Counted from the stretch's first letter, positions 51,966-61,267 are shown. The stretch: 64,000 bases of DNA from Candidatus Micrarchaeota archaeon (GCA_026413965.1 JAOAJY010000001.1:57642-121641), one strand, 5' to 3'. Translations and numbers: made by a program. Notes: generated by a model not told the origin, from the letters alone.

Positions 51966-53233
51966 TTTGCCAGCCTTTCTCCATAGCCGCACTCAAACCA
52001 ATCATAGCCTATGCTCCATTCCTTGTATGGGCCGTTGATGCAGCAGGGTATGAACTGGCACTGGCTTTTGATTACTGACAGGTTCACAAACCCCTCTTTG
52101 TTGGGGTTTGGGTTGGCGCAGTCTCCTCCGTAGTAATACTGCATGTGCGCCCTCACAAAAGTCCCGCCGTCTTGATATTGGTTGCAGTAGGCATCAGGGT
52201 AGAAAGGCGCGCTTGAGCGGAAGACTGCTACCCTGCGGAAAACCGGGAACGTCTGCTGGCTTGAGGAATTTGTGGAGTTTGTTGCGTTGGTTGTGGAGCT
52301 TGTTGCTCCGGCTGAAAGGTTTGCGGTGCCATTTGCAGGAGAGGTTGGGGGCAGTGGCTGGCTTTTGTTTGATGGGCTTTTGGCTGGCGGGGATGAGTTG
52401 TTGGCTGGCTGGAATGGAGGCGGCTGAGCAGATGGGGAAGAGGGGCTTTGGTTGGCTTGGCTCTGATTGGCTTCTGATTTTGGCGCCTCTTTTTGAGCAG
52501 GAGGCATGGGCTGGCTTTCTTTCTCAGAGGATTTGTTGGTCTGGTTGGCTCTTCTTGCTGTGGAATTGGCAGGGGGCTTGGGCTTTATTTCAGGGGAATT
52601 GTTTGTCTTGTTCAAGGATGATGGAGAGGCATTTTTCTGGCCAGGCTCCTGGATAGGCGCGCTTATGCCTTCTTTCGGGCTTTGTTGCATGCTGCCTTGC
52701 TCTTGCTCGCTTTGGCCCTGCGGAGAAAGGAAGGCAAAATAGGCTGCAGCTGCCATCAGCAGGAAGACTGCCAGGGCCATTGCCGCAGCTGGGATTGGAA
52801 AAGGAGGCTTTGCGGCTTTTTGCGGAGGGCTTGCCTGGCTTTGGGCAGCAGGAGCCAGCGGCTGTGGCTGAGGAGGATTGGGCTGGGGGGAAAGCGGCGC
52901 TTGAGGTGAAGGCTGGGGGGTTGGAGAAGCTGGCTGCTGGGGAGAGGAGCCCAAAGCAGAGCTGCCCAAAATGCTTGCCGGAGGAATTGGCGATGGAGAA
53001 GAAGGCGCAGCGGATGGCTGGGATTGCGCTGGCTGGGCAGGCGGCTGCTGAGGCTCAGGAGGCTCTTGGGAAGACAAAAGCTGGCTTTGGATTTCTGAGG
53101 CTCTCTTGAAAGCCCAATCCACTTTCTCTTTTTTCCAGCCTACCGAAAGAAGAGCGTTCCTTATCTGCTCGTCGTTGCGGTTTTTTTGCCTTGACTTGAT
53201 TATGAAATTCACAAGCTCCTCTTCGCCGCCCAT
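51962..53233 (-). CDS. Hypothetical single-pass membrane protein with a long P/Q/S/A-rich region and a Cys-containing C-terminal domain
   Basis: It has a small N-terminal folded domain, a TM helix FPIPAAAMALAVFLLMAAAAYFAF, and a C-terminal domain with 6 Cys. Confidence 0.5.
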   Translation of the reverse strand: MGGEEELVNFIIKSRQKNRNDEQIRNALLSVGWKKEKVDWAFKRASEIQSQLLSSQEPPEPQQPPAQPAQSQPSAAPSSPSPIPPASILGSSALGSSPQQPASPTPQPSPQAPLSPQPNPPQPQPLAPAAQSQASPPQKAAKPPFPIPAAAMALAVFLLMAAAAYFAFLSPQGQSEQEQGSMQQSPKEGISAPIQEPGQKNASPSSLNKTNNSPEIKPKPPANSTARRANQTNKSSEKESQPMPPAQKEAPKSEANQSQANQSPSSPSAQPPPFQPANNSSPPAKSPSNKSQPLPPTSPANGTANLSAGATSSTTNATNSTNSSSQQTFPVFRRVAVFRSSAPFYPDAYCNQYQDGGTFVRAHMQYYYGGDCANPNPNKEGFVNLSVIKSQCQFIPCCINGPYKEWSIGYDWFECGYGERLAN

Positions 53234-53291
53234 AGACACACAATCCAAAATCTCATGTGCTGCTTATAAAAGTAATTGGAGAAGGCAGGCA

Positions 53292-53975
53292 TCAGAATTT
53301 GAGCATCCTGAAATGCCTGGAGGAAAAAGCGTCAAGCAAAAGGATGTCTGGAAACAGGATAGCTGGCTTCCCCAAAACCAAGTTCATGGCTTGCTGGGCA
53401 GCAAGGCAGCCGATTGCGTTGGCGACTGGCCCCAAGGCATGGTCGCACGGCAGGCCCCTTCTTGCAGGAAAAGCCGCTGCCACCTCCTTCCTGAAATCTT
53501 TGCCTAAAAACACAGTCAGCATGCCGCGGCTGCCTCTTGCCGACGCGAAAATGTAGGGGACTTTCTGCTTTTCGCAGCCTGAGAATACTGCCAGGCGGGA
53601 AGCCAGCGAATCGGTCGCATCCACAATTGCGTCGCAGCCTCTTGCGAATTCTCCAGCATTCTTTTTTGTGATTTTGCCGAATGCCTCAATCTTGCAGCCA
53701 GGGTTGGTGCCTCTTGCGAACTCCATTGCTGCCTCCACCTTGCTTCTGCCGTCATTTTTGATGGACCAGAGGGCTTGGCGGTTTGCGTTTGACTGCTCAA
53801 AAAATCCGCAGTCGGATATCTTCATCTTCCCGGCTCCTGCCCTGAGGAGAAGCTGGAAGGCTATCCCTCCGACTCCGCCAAGCCCTGCCACCCCTATGCA
53901 AGAGCGCAGAAGGGCTTCTTGCCCCTCTTTGCCTATGCTGGAAAGGTTGGCTTTGGTGATGGAGGAAAGGCGCAT
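53292..53975 (-). CDS. ThiF/MoeB/HesA-family E1-like adenylyltransferase
   Basis: It has GVAGLGGVGGIAFQLLLRAGAGKMKISD and NANRQ. Confidence 0.85.
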   Translation of the reverse strand: MRLSSITKANLSSIGKEGQEALLRSCIGVAGLGGVGGIAFQLLLRAGAGKMKISDCGFFEQSNANRQALWSIKNDGRSKVEAAMEFARGTNPGCKIEAFGKITKKNAGEFARGCDAIVDATDSLASRLAVFSGCEKQKVPYIFASARGSRGMLTVFLGKDFRKEVAAAFPARRGLPCDHALGPVANAIGCLAAQQAMNLVLGKPAILFPDILLLDAFSSRHFRMLKF

Positions 53976-54021
53976 GAGGGTTTTTGGAAAGGAAATTTAA
54001 TTTTTCTTCCCAAAGCCTGCC

Positions 54022-54807
54022 ATGAAGCCCTTGGTTGTGGTGTCAAAGGAAAACCCTGCCAGCCAGAACATCAAAAGCGCGCTTTTTGGGCTTGAAAGCC
54101 TTCGGCAAGAGGAGAGCGGGCTTTGGTCCTCCTCCGACTTCAAGCTTGCTGAATACAGCGGAAGCATTGTTGAGATTGCGCCGAAGCATGATGCGGAGTA
54201 TTACATATTCGCAAGCACGCACAAAAGCGCAAGCGGAACCCCGTCTTTGACTGTGCACACGCCCGGAAATTGGGGCTCTGCTGATTTGGGCGGCAAGCCA
54301 CGCACACTCAATATCGCATATGCCTCAAAAGTCAAGGAGATTGCGCAGGCGCTTGCCAAGCTTGCAGGCAAGCTGGATGGATGGCAAGCGTCAGTTGAGG
54401 TGGACCACCACGGGCCTTGCCTCTCCCGGCCTGTCCTTTTCGCGGAGATAGGGAGCTCGGAAAAGGAATGGGGCAACCCTGAGGCTGGATGCGCGGTTGC
54501 GCAGGCAATATTGTCTGCCATAAGAAGCGACAGGCACTACCCTGCATACGCCGCATTCGGCGGAACCCATTATGCCCCAAAATTCGCCCCAAAGATAATT
54601 GGCTCAGATGTTGCCGTAGGGCATATCATTTCAGGCTATGCTTTGGAGAAGGAAGGCTGCGGGCAGGAAATGGTGAGGCAGGCGCTTGAGAAAAACGTGG
54701 AAGAGCTTGAAGGCGCGCTTATTGACTGGAAAGGGGTGCGCAAAGAGGCAAAAGAAAGCCTGGTTGCTGCTCTTGAGAGGCTTGGCGCGGCTTGGAAGAA
54801 AGCATAA
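54022..54807 (+). CDS. dtdA: D-aminoacyl-tRNA deacylase, archaeal DTD2 type
   Basis: It has IFASTHKSASGTPSLTVHTPGNWG, EVDHHGP, FAEIGSSEKEW, GGTHYAPK, and IDWKG, which align well with the Pyrococcus Dtd2 sequence as I remember it. Confidence 0.85.
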   Translation: MKPLVVVSKENPASQNIKSALFGLESLRQEESGLWSSSDFKLAEYSGSIVEIAPKHDAEYYIFASTHKSASGTPSLTVHTPGNWGSADLGGKPRTLNIAYASKVKEIAQALAKLAGKLDGWQASVEVDHHGPCLSRPVLFAEIGSSEKEWGNPEAGCAVAQAILSAIRSDRHYPAYAAFGGTHYAPKFAPKIIGSDVAVGHIISGYALEKEGCGQEMVRQALEKNVEELEGALIDWKGVRKEAKESLVAALERLGAAWKKA

Positions 54808-55361
54808 GCCAAAAAACATTAAAAGGAAGGCTGCGAAAAGGAGCTGGTGGTCTTGTGGGCAAAAAGGCAGATCCTATTCCTGAAGATTATGTCAAAGAGT
54901 ATGAGAAAGCCATCCATGAAGTGGTGAAAGCCTGCGGAAGCCAAGAGTCCGCAAGCAAGATGCTGGATGAATTGCACAGGCAGTATGAGAAAGTTGGGGC
55001 GGAGCTCAAGAAGCTTGAGAAGGAGCACAAGGCAGGAAGCGCAAGCTATGAGAGGGAGAGAAGAAGGATTCTTGAAAGGGGAAAATACGAGGTGCATAAG
55101 ATAATAGAGAAGCATGTGCCGCATGTAAGCTGGCATTTGGAGGAGCTCATAATAGGCACCTCGCTTGCGGTCACTGCTGCTGTGCTTCCTGCAGCCAGGG
55201 CTGCGCATGCGCTGATAGCAGCCACCAGCATAATTGCAATAGGAAGCTCCTATTACATAGGCTTCAAGCTTTTGCGCAACTGGAAAGCGATTGCAGGCAA
55301 GCACAAGATAGCCGACCTTTCCCACATCGTAGGCCCAAAGCACATCGCAAAGAAAAAATAG
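54792..55361 (+). CDS. Hypothetical coiled-coil protein with C-terminal TM helices
   Basis: The 189-aa ORF has no recognised family, and its start is uncertain. Confidence 0.4.
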   Translation: MEESISQKTLKGRLRKGAGGLVGKKADPIPEDYVKEYEKAIHEVVKACGSQESASKMLDELHRQYEKVGAELKKLEKEHKAGSASYERERRRILERGKYEVHKIIEKHVPHVSWHLEELIIGTSLAVTAAVLPAARAAHALIAATSIIAIGSSYYIGFKLLRNWKAIAGKHKIADLSHIVGPKHIAKKK

Positions 55362-55362
55362 C

Positions 55363-56241
55363 TCACATTGAGCGCAGGCGCCTTATTCTCTCATCAATTG
55401 GCGGATGGGTGGAGAAAAGCTGCCCTACAGATATGGGATTGGCGAAGTATATCGGAGCAGAGGCATCCGAGGCATTCTTTACTGCCGAGCCTACTTTTTT
55501 TATCTTCTCCAAGGCAGACGCCAAGCCCTCTGGGTATCTTGTCAGCTGGGCAGCGGTCGCATCCGCAAGGTATTCGCGCCTGCGGGACAAAGCCAGCCTC
55601 ACAATTTGCGCTATGAAAGGCGCCAAAATCAAAACAACCAGCCCCAGAAGAATGAAGGCTCCTCCGCCTTTTCCGCTGCGGAGATTCCTTGAGCGGAACA
55701 TCATTCTCAATCCAACATCAGACAGGATGGCAATCAAGCCCACCATGACCACCATGAGGGTGGCAAGCCGAGAGTCATAATTTTTGATGTGCGATATCTC
55801 ATGCGCAGCCACGCCTTCAAGCTCTGCCCGGTTGAGATTGGAAAGCAGCCCTGTGGTGAATGCCACTGAGGCTTTCTGCGGAGAAAGCCCGGTGGCGAAA
55901 GCATTCATGGCGGGATCATCTATGACATATATTTTCGGGGTTGGAATGCCTGCCGCTATGGACAAGCCCTCCACCACATTCACAAGATAAGGGAACTCCT
56001 CCTTTTTAGCCTCCCTTGCGCCTGAAAATCCCAGCAGTATCTTGTCTGCATTGGAATATGTGAAGTAAATGTATGCTGATGATGCCACAAAGGTGAAAAG
56101 AAGCCCAAAAAGGCTTTCGCCAAACAAGACAAGCGAAAAAACATAGGCTGCCGCAAAAGCAAAAACGAACACAAGAAAGACTAAGATATAGGAGTTGCGC
56201 TTGTTGGCGGATATCTCATCATAAAAACTGAGGCGCTGCAT
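55363..56241 (-). CDS. htpX: Zinc metalloprotease HtpX (M48)
   Basis: It has HEISHIKNYD (HExxH), four TM helices, and EYLADATAA. Confidence 0.9.
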   Translation of the reverse strand: MQRLSFYDEISANKRNSYILVFLVFVFAFAAAYVFSLVLFGESLFGLLFTFVASSAYIYFTYSNADKILLGFSGAREAKKEEFPYLVNVVEGLSIAAGIPTPKIYVIDDPAMNAFATGLSPQKASVAFTTGLLSNLNRAELEGVAAHEISHIKNYDSRLATLMVVMVGLIAILSDVGLRMMFRSRNLRSGKGGGAFILLGLVVLILAPFIAQIVRLALSRRREYLADATAAQLTRYPEGLASALEKIKKVGSAVKNASDASAPIYFANPISVGQLFSTHPPIDERIRRLRSM

Positions 56242-56263
56242 CTTTTTGAGTCACCTGTCTTGG

Positions 56264-56827
56264 CTAAAACTGAACCTTCACGCTTTGCTTTTCGCTTTCT
56301 TCTGCCCTGAAAAACTCCTTGGGGGTGAAGCCGAACATGGCTGCCACCACATTTGTCGGGACAGAATGGATAGCTGTGTTGTAGGACAGGACGCTGTCGT
56401 TGTAGAACTGCCTGGCGTATGCTATCTTGTTCTCTATCCCTGCCAGCTCCTCTTGGAGCATCTTGAAATTCTCATTCGCCTTCAAATCAGGGTAATTTTC
56501 AGCAACTGCGAAAAGAGATTTGAGGGTGGATGAAAGCATGTTCTCCGCCTGGGCCTTGTCCGAAACTCCGGTTGCTCCCAAAGCTGCCGCCCTTGCCTTT
56601 GTGACATTCTCGAAAAGGGCCTTCTCATGCTTGACATAGCCTTTCACAGTCTCAACAAGGTTTGGGACCAGATCATAGCGCCGCTTTAGCTGCACGTCTA
56701 TTTGCGACCAGGCGTTTTCTATCTGAATCTTTTTTTGGACAAGAGAGTTGTACATGAGTATGAAGGCTAGCCCGAAAAAAAGGAAGGCGGCGCCGAAAGC
56801 CAAAAGAAGGATGTCCATTCCCCTCAC
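56264..56827 (-). CDS. lemA: LemA family protein
   Basis: It has an N-terminal TM helix and [18 protein letters not shown]...[10 protein letters not shown]...ARQFYN. Confidence 0.9.
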   Translation of the reverse strand: MRGMDILLLAFGAAFLFFGLAFILMYNSLVQKKIQIENAWSQIDVQLKRRYDLVPNLVETVKGYVKHEKALFENVTKARAAALGATGVSDKAQAENMLSSTLKSLFAVAENYPDLKANENFKMLQEELAGIENKIAYARQFYNDSVLSYNTAIHSVPTNVVAAMFGFTPKEFFRAEESEKQSVKVQF

Positions 56828-56845
56828 TTGAGCTTGGCTTTTCCC

Positions 56846-57100
56846 TTAGCCGATGGTTTTTTTGTCCACAATTATGTGGTCGGATGCCGCAAGCACTGAT
56901 GCGTATGGAATGACCACCAGCCCGTCTTCTTTGTTCAGGCGCCTGGCAGTCGGATTGTCAAGATTGGGCTCAAGAAGGATGTTCTCTATCTTGCCTGAGG
57001 ACTCAACAATCTCCAAATCAACTAGCCTGCCCAAGTCTTCGCCATCGTTTGTTATTATCTTTTTGCCCGCCAGCTGTTTCGCAAGAACTATTTTAGCCAT
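56846..57100 (-). CDS. PRC-barrel domain protein
   Basis: The 84-aa ORF reads LAGKKIITNDGEDLGRLVDLEIVESSGKIENILLEP. Confidence 0.75.
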   Translation of the reverse strand: MAKIVLAKQLAGKKIITNDGEDLGRLVDLEIVESSGKIENILLEPNLDNPTARRLNKEDGLVVIPYASVLAASDHIIVDKKTIG

Positions 57101-57207
57101 CTGCTCACCTTTTGGTAATTGAGTGCTTTAACTAACCTGTTCAGATTTAAAAAGCTTTGTCCGACGGAGGAATAGAGGTTTTAAAGCTTGGCAAAATATT
57201 TGCTTGG

Positions 57208-57981
57208 ATGGGTGGGAAAATGAAAAGCAAAAGCTCTCATTTGGGAAAATTGGTCAGGAACGGGAAGGTGCTGATACTTGCGATGGACCAGGGGATGGAG
57301 CATGGCCCCAAGGATTTTGACGAGAGGAACATCAACCCTGAGTATGTCATAGACATCGCATGCAAAGGCGGATTCACCGGCTTTGCGATACAGAAAGGGA
57401 TTGCCAAGCACTACAAGGAAAACTACTCCGGAAAAGTTCCTTTGGTCCTCAAGCTTAACGGCAAGACCAATATCGCGCCGAAAGACGAGGCATATTCGCC
57501 TCCGATTGCGTCTGTCAAAGAGGCTGCGGCTTTGGGCGCGGATGCGGTGGGCTACACCATATATGTAGGCTCCCCAAGGGAAGCTGAAATGTTCAGGGAA
57601 TTCGGAAAAATACAAGAAGAGGCAGATGACTACGGGCTGCCGACGGTGGTTTGGGCTTACCCAAGAGGGAAATATGTCCCTGATGAGAAATCGGTGGAGA
57701 TGGTCTCTTATGCCGCAAGGGTGGCGCTTGAGCTTGGCGCGGACATAGTGAAGATAAACTACCCAGGAAGCGTGGATGGGATGAGGAAAGTGGTCGCCGC
57801 GGCAGGAAGGACAAAAGTCATCTCTGCTGGCGGAAGCAAGCAGCCTGACGCCGAGTTCCTGCAGAAAGTCAGGGACATAATGGCTGGAGGAGCATGCGGG
57901 CTTGCCGTTGGAAGGAACGTGTGGCAAAACGAGAATCCGATGAAAATCACTCAGGAGATAAAGAAGATAGTTTTCGGGTGA
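57208..57981 (+). CDS. Archaeal class I fructose-bisphosphate aldolase family (DhnA/FbaB; an ADH synthase alternative is not excluded)
   Basis: It has VLILAMDQGMEHGP, VLKLNG, and DIVKINYPG. The start was set at the ATG at 57208, downstream of the TATA-like gatttaaaaa. Confidence 0.8.
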   Translation: MGGKMKSKSSHLGKLVRNGKVLILAMDQGMEHGPKDFDERNINPEYVIDIACKGGFTGFAIQKGIAKHYKENYSGKVPLVLKLNGKTNIAPKDEAYSPPIASVKEAAALGADAVGYTIYVGSPREAEMFREFGKIQEEADDYGLPTVVWAYPRGKYVPDEKSVEMVSYAARVALELGADIVKINYPGSVDGMRKVVAAAGRTKVISAGGSKQPDAEFLQKVRDIMAGGACGLAVGRNVWQNENPMKITQEIKKIVFG

Positions 57982-57985
57982 AAAG

Positions 57986-58903
57986 TTGGGCGTGCAGACT
58001 CTGGCAGAGCATTTGGAGAAGCATGTGGAGGACCCGGCTTTGCGCCACCTGATAAACTCGTTCGCATATATTTCGCTTGATGCCCAGCACCATTTCCCAA
58101 AATACCTCAGGGGCACGCTTGGGGACAGGAACAAGTACGGAGAGGCAGTCGCCCAGCTGGACTCGTGGGTGAACGGATACCTTTGCGACAGCCTGGTGAA
58201 GACTGGCGTGGTCAGGAAAATCTATTCGGAGGAGCTGGATAGCCCGCTGATTGCCACTTCCCAGAGCGCCCCTTTCGTGGTCACTTTGGACCCTTTGGAT
58301 GGCTCGTCAAACATTGTGAGCAACAATGCATTCGGCTCAATTGTTGGGGTATATAGGGAGGATTTGCCCCAAAAGGGAAGGAAGCTTGCCGCTGCTTTCT
58401 ACAAGCTTTATGGCCCTGTGAACACCTTCGTATATACCGTAGGCAAAGGGACGCATGAATTTGTGAAGCATTATGATTCGGAAGGGAAGGCGCAGTTTAT
58501 GCTTTTGGCAGAAAGCCTTTCTCTGCCTGAGCCAGGGGAGGTTTTCGGGATAGGGGGGGACCCGCTTTCCTGGGAGCCAAATTTCCTCAAGTTCGCAAAA
58601 GACTTGTTCAGGGTGGAAAAGCTCAAAGTCCGCTACTCTGGGACATTTGTTGCTGATTTCTCCCAGGTTCTTCACCGCGGAGGAATATTCTCCTATCCTG
58701 CGACCAAAAAAAGCCCGAAGGGCAAGCTCAGGCTGTTTTACGAGGCTCAGCCAATGGCATTCATAATGGAGCAGGCAGGAGGGGCAAGCTGGTCTGGCAA
58801 GGAATCGCTTTTGGATGTGGAGGAAAGCGATGTTGATGCGAGGACTCCTCTTCACCTGGGCAACAGCTACCTGATTGGAAAGCTCAAGCAGGCATGCCCT
58901 TAG
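57986..58903 (+). CDS. fbp: Fructose-1,6-bisphosphatase class 1
   Basis: It has LDPLDGSSNI, RYSGTFVADF, and LFYEAQPMAFIMEQAGG. The start is TTG in the track. Confidence 0.85.
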   Translation: MGVQTLAEHLEKHVEDPALRHLINSFAYISLDAQHHFPKYLRGTLGDRNKYGEAVAQLDSWVNGYLCDSLVKTGVVRKIYSEELDSPLIATSQSAPFVVTLDPLDGSSNIVSNNAFGSIVGVYREDLPQKGRKLAAAFYKLYGPVNTFVYTVGKGTHEFVKHYDSEGKAQFMLLAESLSLPEPGEVFGIGGDPLSWEPNFLKFAKDLFRVEKLKVRYSGTFVADFSQVLHRGGIFSYPATKKSPKGKLRLFYEAQPMAFIMEQAGGASWSGKESLLDVEESDVDARTPLHLGNSYLIGKLKQACP

Positions 58904-60084
58904 GGCTGCTCCCACTCTATCTCATAATACTCGTATTTTGAGCCTGGGACCTCTATCCTCTTGACTGCGTAATATGTGACCGAGGTTTCCCTGTCGCATA
59001 TGGCAAGCAGAAGCTCAAGCCCTATGCGCTTGCACTGCTCAATCGCCCATGCAAGCTCTTCCCCTCCTATGTATTCATCCTCTGAAAGCGAAAACATGAG
59101 ATATTTTGGCTTGCCGGTCTTGGGGTTCTCAATCCCGCCGCCCAAGCGGTGGAAAAGCAGAAAGTCAAGGGTGGTGTGCAAATCCCCTTCCTTCTTTCTT
59201 TTGCGCTTTTTGGCCTCTCCTGGTATGGCTAGGACAAAGGTCTTTTTGACTGAATGCGCCACCCTTATGGCGCGCGCCCATTCAGATATGAGAAGCTTGG
59301 AGGCGCGCGGAAAGCAGTGGATCACGTGCTTTGAGTGGATCCACTCGCCGTTGCTTCGGACAGGCGAAGCTCCTGGGAAATATAGGCGGAAATGCGTGCC
59401 GAACTTGAACCCTGTTTTCAGGACAAACCCGTTCAGCCGCCAATCCTCATAGACCTCATACATATTGAGGAAGTACTTGTGCCTCTTCTTCGCAGCCTTG
59501 ACAACCTCCTCTACAGAGGAATTGATGAGCCTCAGCCCTGCGTGCTTTGCTAGAAAAAGCGTCTCAAACACATCCAGCTTTGAAAGCTTCCCTCTCTGCT
59601 CTGCTTTGTACGAGCCAAACTGCCCAAGCCAGTATCTTTCATAAAGCTCCCTGCCTGCAGCCTCATCATCAATCACAGACCAAAGGTCGTCTGGATAAAA
59701 CCTTGCCTGAAGGGAATATCGGTCCAGCTGAAGCTTTCCTGCCGGATATTTCTTCACGCTGTTCCTTCCGTATTTCTCGCAGATTTCAGTGACTTGCCGG
59801 GCTATAAGCCCGCGGTCGCGCCAGTCTTTGTACGTGAAATACCTTGCCATCTGCTTTTTGCCTTCAAAATGCTTCGCCACATCATTGAACTTGTACTCGT
59901 TCAAGGCAGAGTCAAAGCAGCGGGCATTCCGTATGTCCATAAGATAGAGAGCCTCCTCAGGAAAAAGGTGGATTTTGCCTTTTTTCATGCACCCATAATG
60001 CCCGTTTGCCAGCGAGGAGACCGATTCCGGCTGGGAAACAACAAGCGCTTTTTTGCGCGGGTCAAATTCTATTTGGATTGCCAA
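58900..60084 (-). CDS. endA: tRNA-splicing endonuclease, long three-unit-like form
   Basis: The catalytic unit reads YEDWRLNGFVLKTGFKFGTHFRLYFPG...HSKHVIH. An extra N-terminal EndA-like unit reads ALYLMDIRNA...YKDWRDRGLIARQ. A C-terminal structural unit reads YLMFSLSEDEY...ETSVTYYAVKRIEV. The start was provisionally set at the TTG at 60084, which is preceded by GGAGAGGTG. Confidence 0.8.
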   Translation of the reverse strand: MAIQIEFDPRKKALVVSQPESVSSLANGHYGCMKKGKIHLFPEEALYLMDIRNARCFDSALNEYKFNDVAKHFEGKKQMARYFTYKDWRDRGLIARQVTEICEKYGRNSVKKYPAGKLQLDRYSLQARFYPDDLWSVIDDEAAGRELYERYWLGQFGSYKAEQRGKLSKLDVFETLFLAKHAGLRLINSSVEEVVKAAKKRHKYFLNMYEVYEDWRLNGFVLKTGFKFGTHFRLYFPGASPVRSNGEWIHSKHVIHCFPRASKLLISEWARAIRVAHSVKKTFVLAIPGEAKKRKRKKEGDLHTTLDFLLFHRLGGGIENPKTGKPKYLMFSLSEDEYIGGEELAWAIEQCKRIGLELLLAICDRETSVTYYAVKRIEVPGSKYEYYEIEWEQP

Positions 60085-60160
60085 TGAAACACCTCTCCGC
60101 CTGCGTGAAAAAATGGCTTGCGGAAAGCCTTTGCGGGCGCAAGCATTTGCCCAAGAGTGT

Positions 60161-60174
60161 TTAAATAGCGAACG
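60161..60174 (+). promoter_or_regulatory. TATA-containing 14-mer TTAAATAGCGAACG upstream of taw1
   Basis: It ends 14 nt before the ATG at 60188. An identical 14-mer recurs at 63456-63469. Confidence 0.5.
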
Positions 60175-60187
60175 GAAAAGAAGCATT

Positions 60188-61267
60188 ATGGCAAGGGAGA
60201 GGTCCGCAAAAGGCAGGGGCAAGCATTACGCGAAATTGAAAAAAGCCGCCCCAGCCCTGCCAGAGGAGATGCTCAAGCTCCTAATAAGGCAGAAATACCA
60301 TCTTGCAGGGCAGCACTCGGCAGCCAAGCTTTGCCACTGGTCCCACTCTGCGCTGAAAGGGGGGGAAAGCTGCTACAAAAGCAGGTTTTACGGGATAGCC
60401 TCGCACCGCTGCCTGCAATGCACCCCTGTGCTCCTATTCTGCAACCATGCCTGTGTCTTTTGCTGGAGATTCATGCCAGAAAAGGACAAGTACGGAAGCA
60501 TTGGCAAAAAGTTCGCATGGGATGAGCCGGAGAAAATTGCCGAATGGCTGATTTCCGCGCAAAAAGAGCTGGTCTCAGGCTATGGAGGAAACAAGAAGGT
60601 GAGAAAAGAATTGTATGAGCAAGCCTGCGAGCCAAAGCATGTTGCCCTATCGCTCACAGGAGAGCCTGCCATGTACCCCTACATTGGAAGGCTTCTGAGG
60701 GAATTCCACCGGAGGGGAATGACCACCTTTTTGGTGACAAATGGCACCTTTCCAGAAAGGATGGAAAAATGGGAAGAGATGCCAACACAGCTTTATGTTT
60801 CAATGGTGGCCCCAAATGAAGATGCCTACTTGAAGTCAATCCGGCCGGCTGAAAGGAATTTGTGGAAAAAGTACCTCAAAGGCTTGGAAGTGCTTCGCAA
60901 GCTTGGGGAAAAGACCCGCACCGTTTTGCGGATGACTCTTTGCCGAGGAGTGAATGATTTTGGCTTGGAGGGCTACGCCAGGCAGATTGCCATCGCCAAG
61001 CCGCACTATGTGGAAGTGAAAAGCATGGTTTTTGTGGGAGGAGCAAGGCAGCCTGGGCGGAACCTCTCCCTTTCAAGCATGCTTTCCATGGAGGAGATTA
61101 GGCAGATTGCCTCAAAGCTATCGGATATGACAGGCTATAAGATAAGCTGCGAGCATGCGCCATCAAGAGTGGTGCTTTTGTGCAAAGACAAGCAAGCTGA
61201 AGAAAGCAGAATCATAAGGTGGGTGGATGGACAGGAAGGGCAGCAGGATTCGCGCCATAATATTTGA
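60188..61267 (+). CDS. taw1: tRNA 4-demethylwyosine synthase Taw1/TYW1 (radical SAM)
   Basis: It has CHWSHSALKGGESCYKSRFYGIASHRC and CNHACVFCWR. The start was set at the ATG at 60188. Confidence 0.9.
   Translation: MARERSAKGRGKHYAKLKKAAPALPEEMLKLLIRQKYHLAGQHSAAKLCHWSHSALKGGESCYKSRFYGIASHRCLQCTPVLLFCNHACVFCWRFMPEKDKYGSIGKKFAWDEPEKIAEWLISAQKELVSGYGGNKKVRKELYEQACEPKHVALSLTGEPAMYPYIGRLLREFHRRGMTTFLVTNGTFPERMEKWEEMPTQLYVSMVAPNEDAYLKSIRPAERNLWKKYLKGLEVLRKLGEKTRTVLRMTLCRGVNDFGLEGYARQIAIAKPHYVEVKSMVFVGGARQPGRNLSLSSMLSMEEIRQIASKLSDMTGYKISCEHAPSRVVLLCKDKQAEESRIIRWVDGQEGQQDSRHNI

Noticed and set aside
57181-58134. A 317-aa minus-strand ORF lies opposite the aldolase gene. Similar antisense ORFs occur at 37010-37759, 19841-20608, 33764-34354, 43496-44065 and 49151-49917.
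   Set aside because: All lie antisense to well-supported genes and translate to R/S/P/L-rich low-complexity sequence, so I treat them as non-coding shadows.
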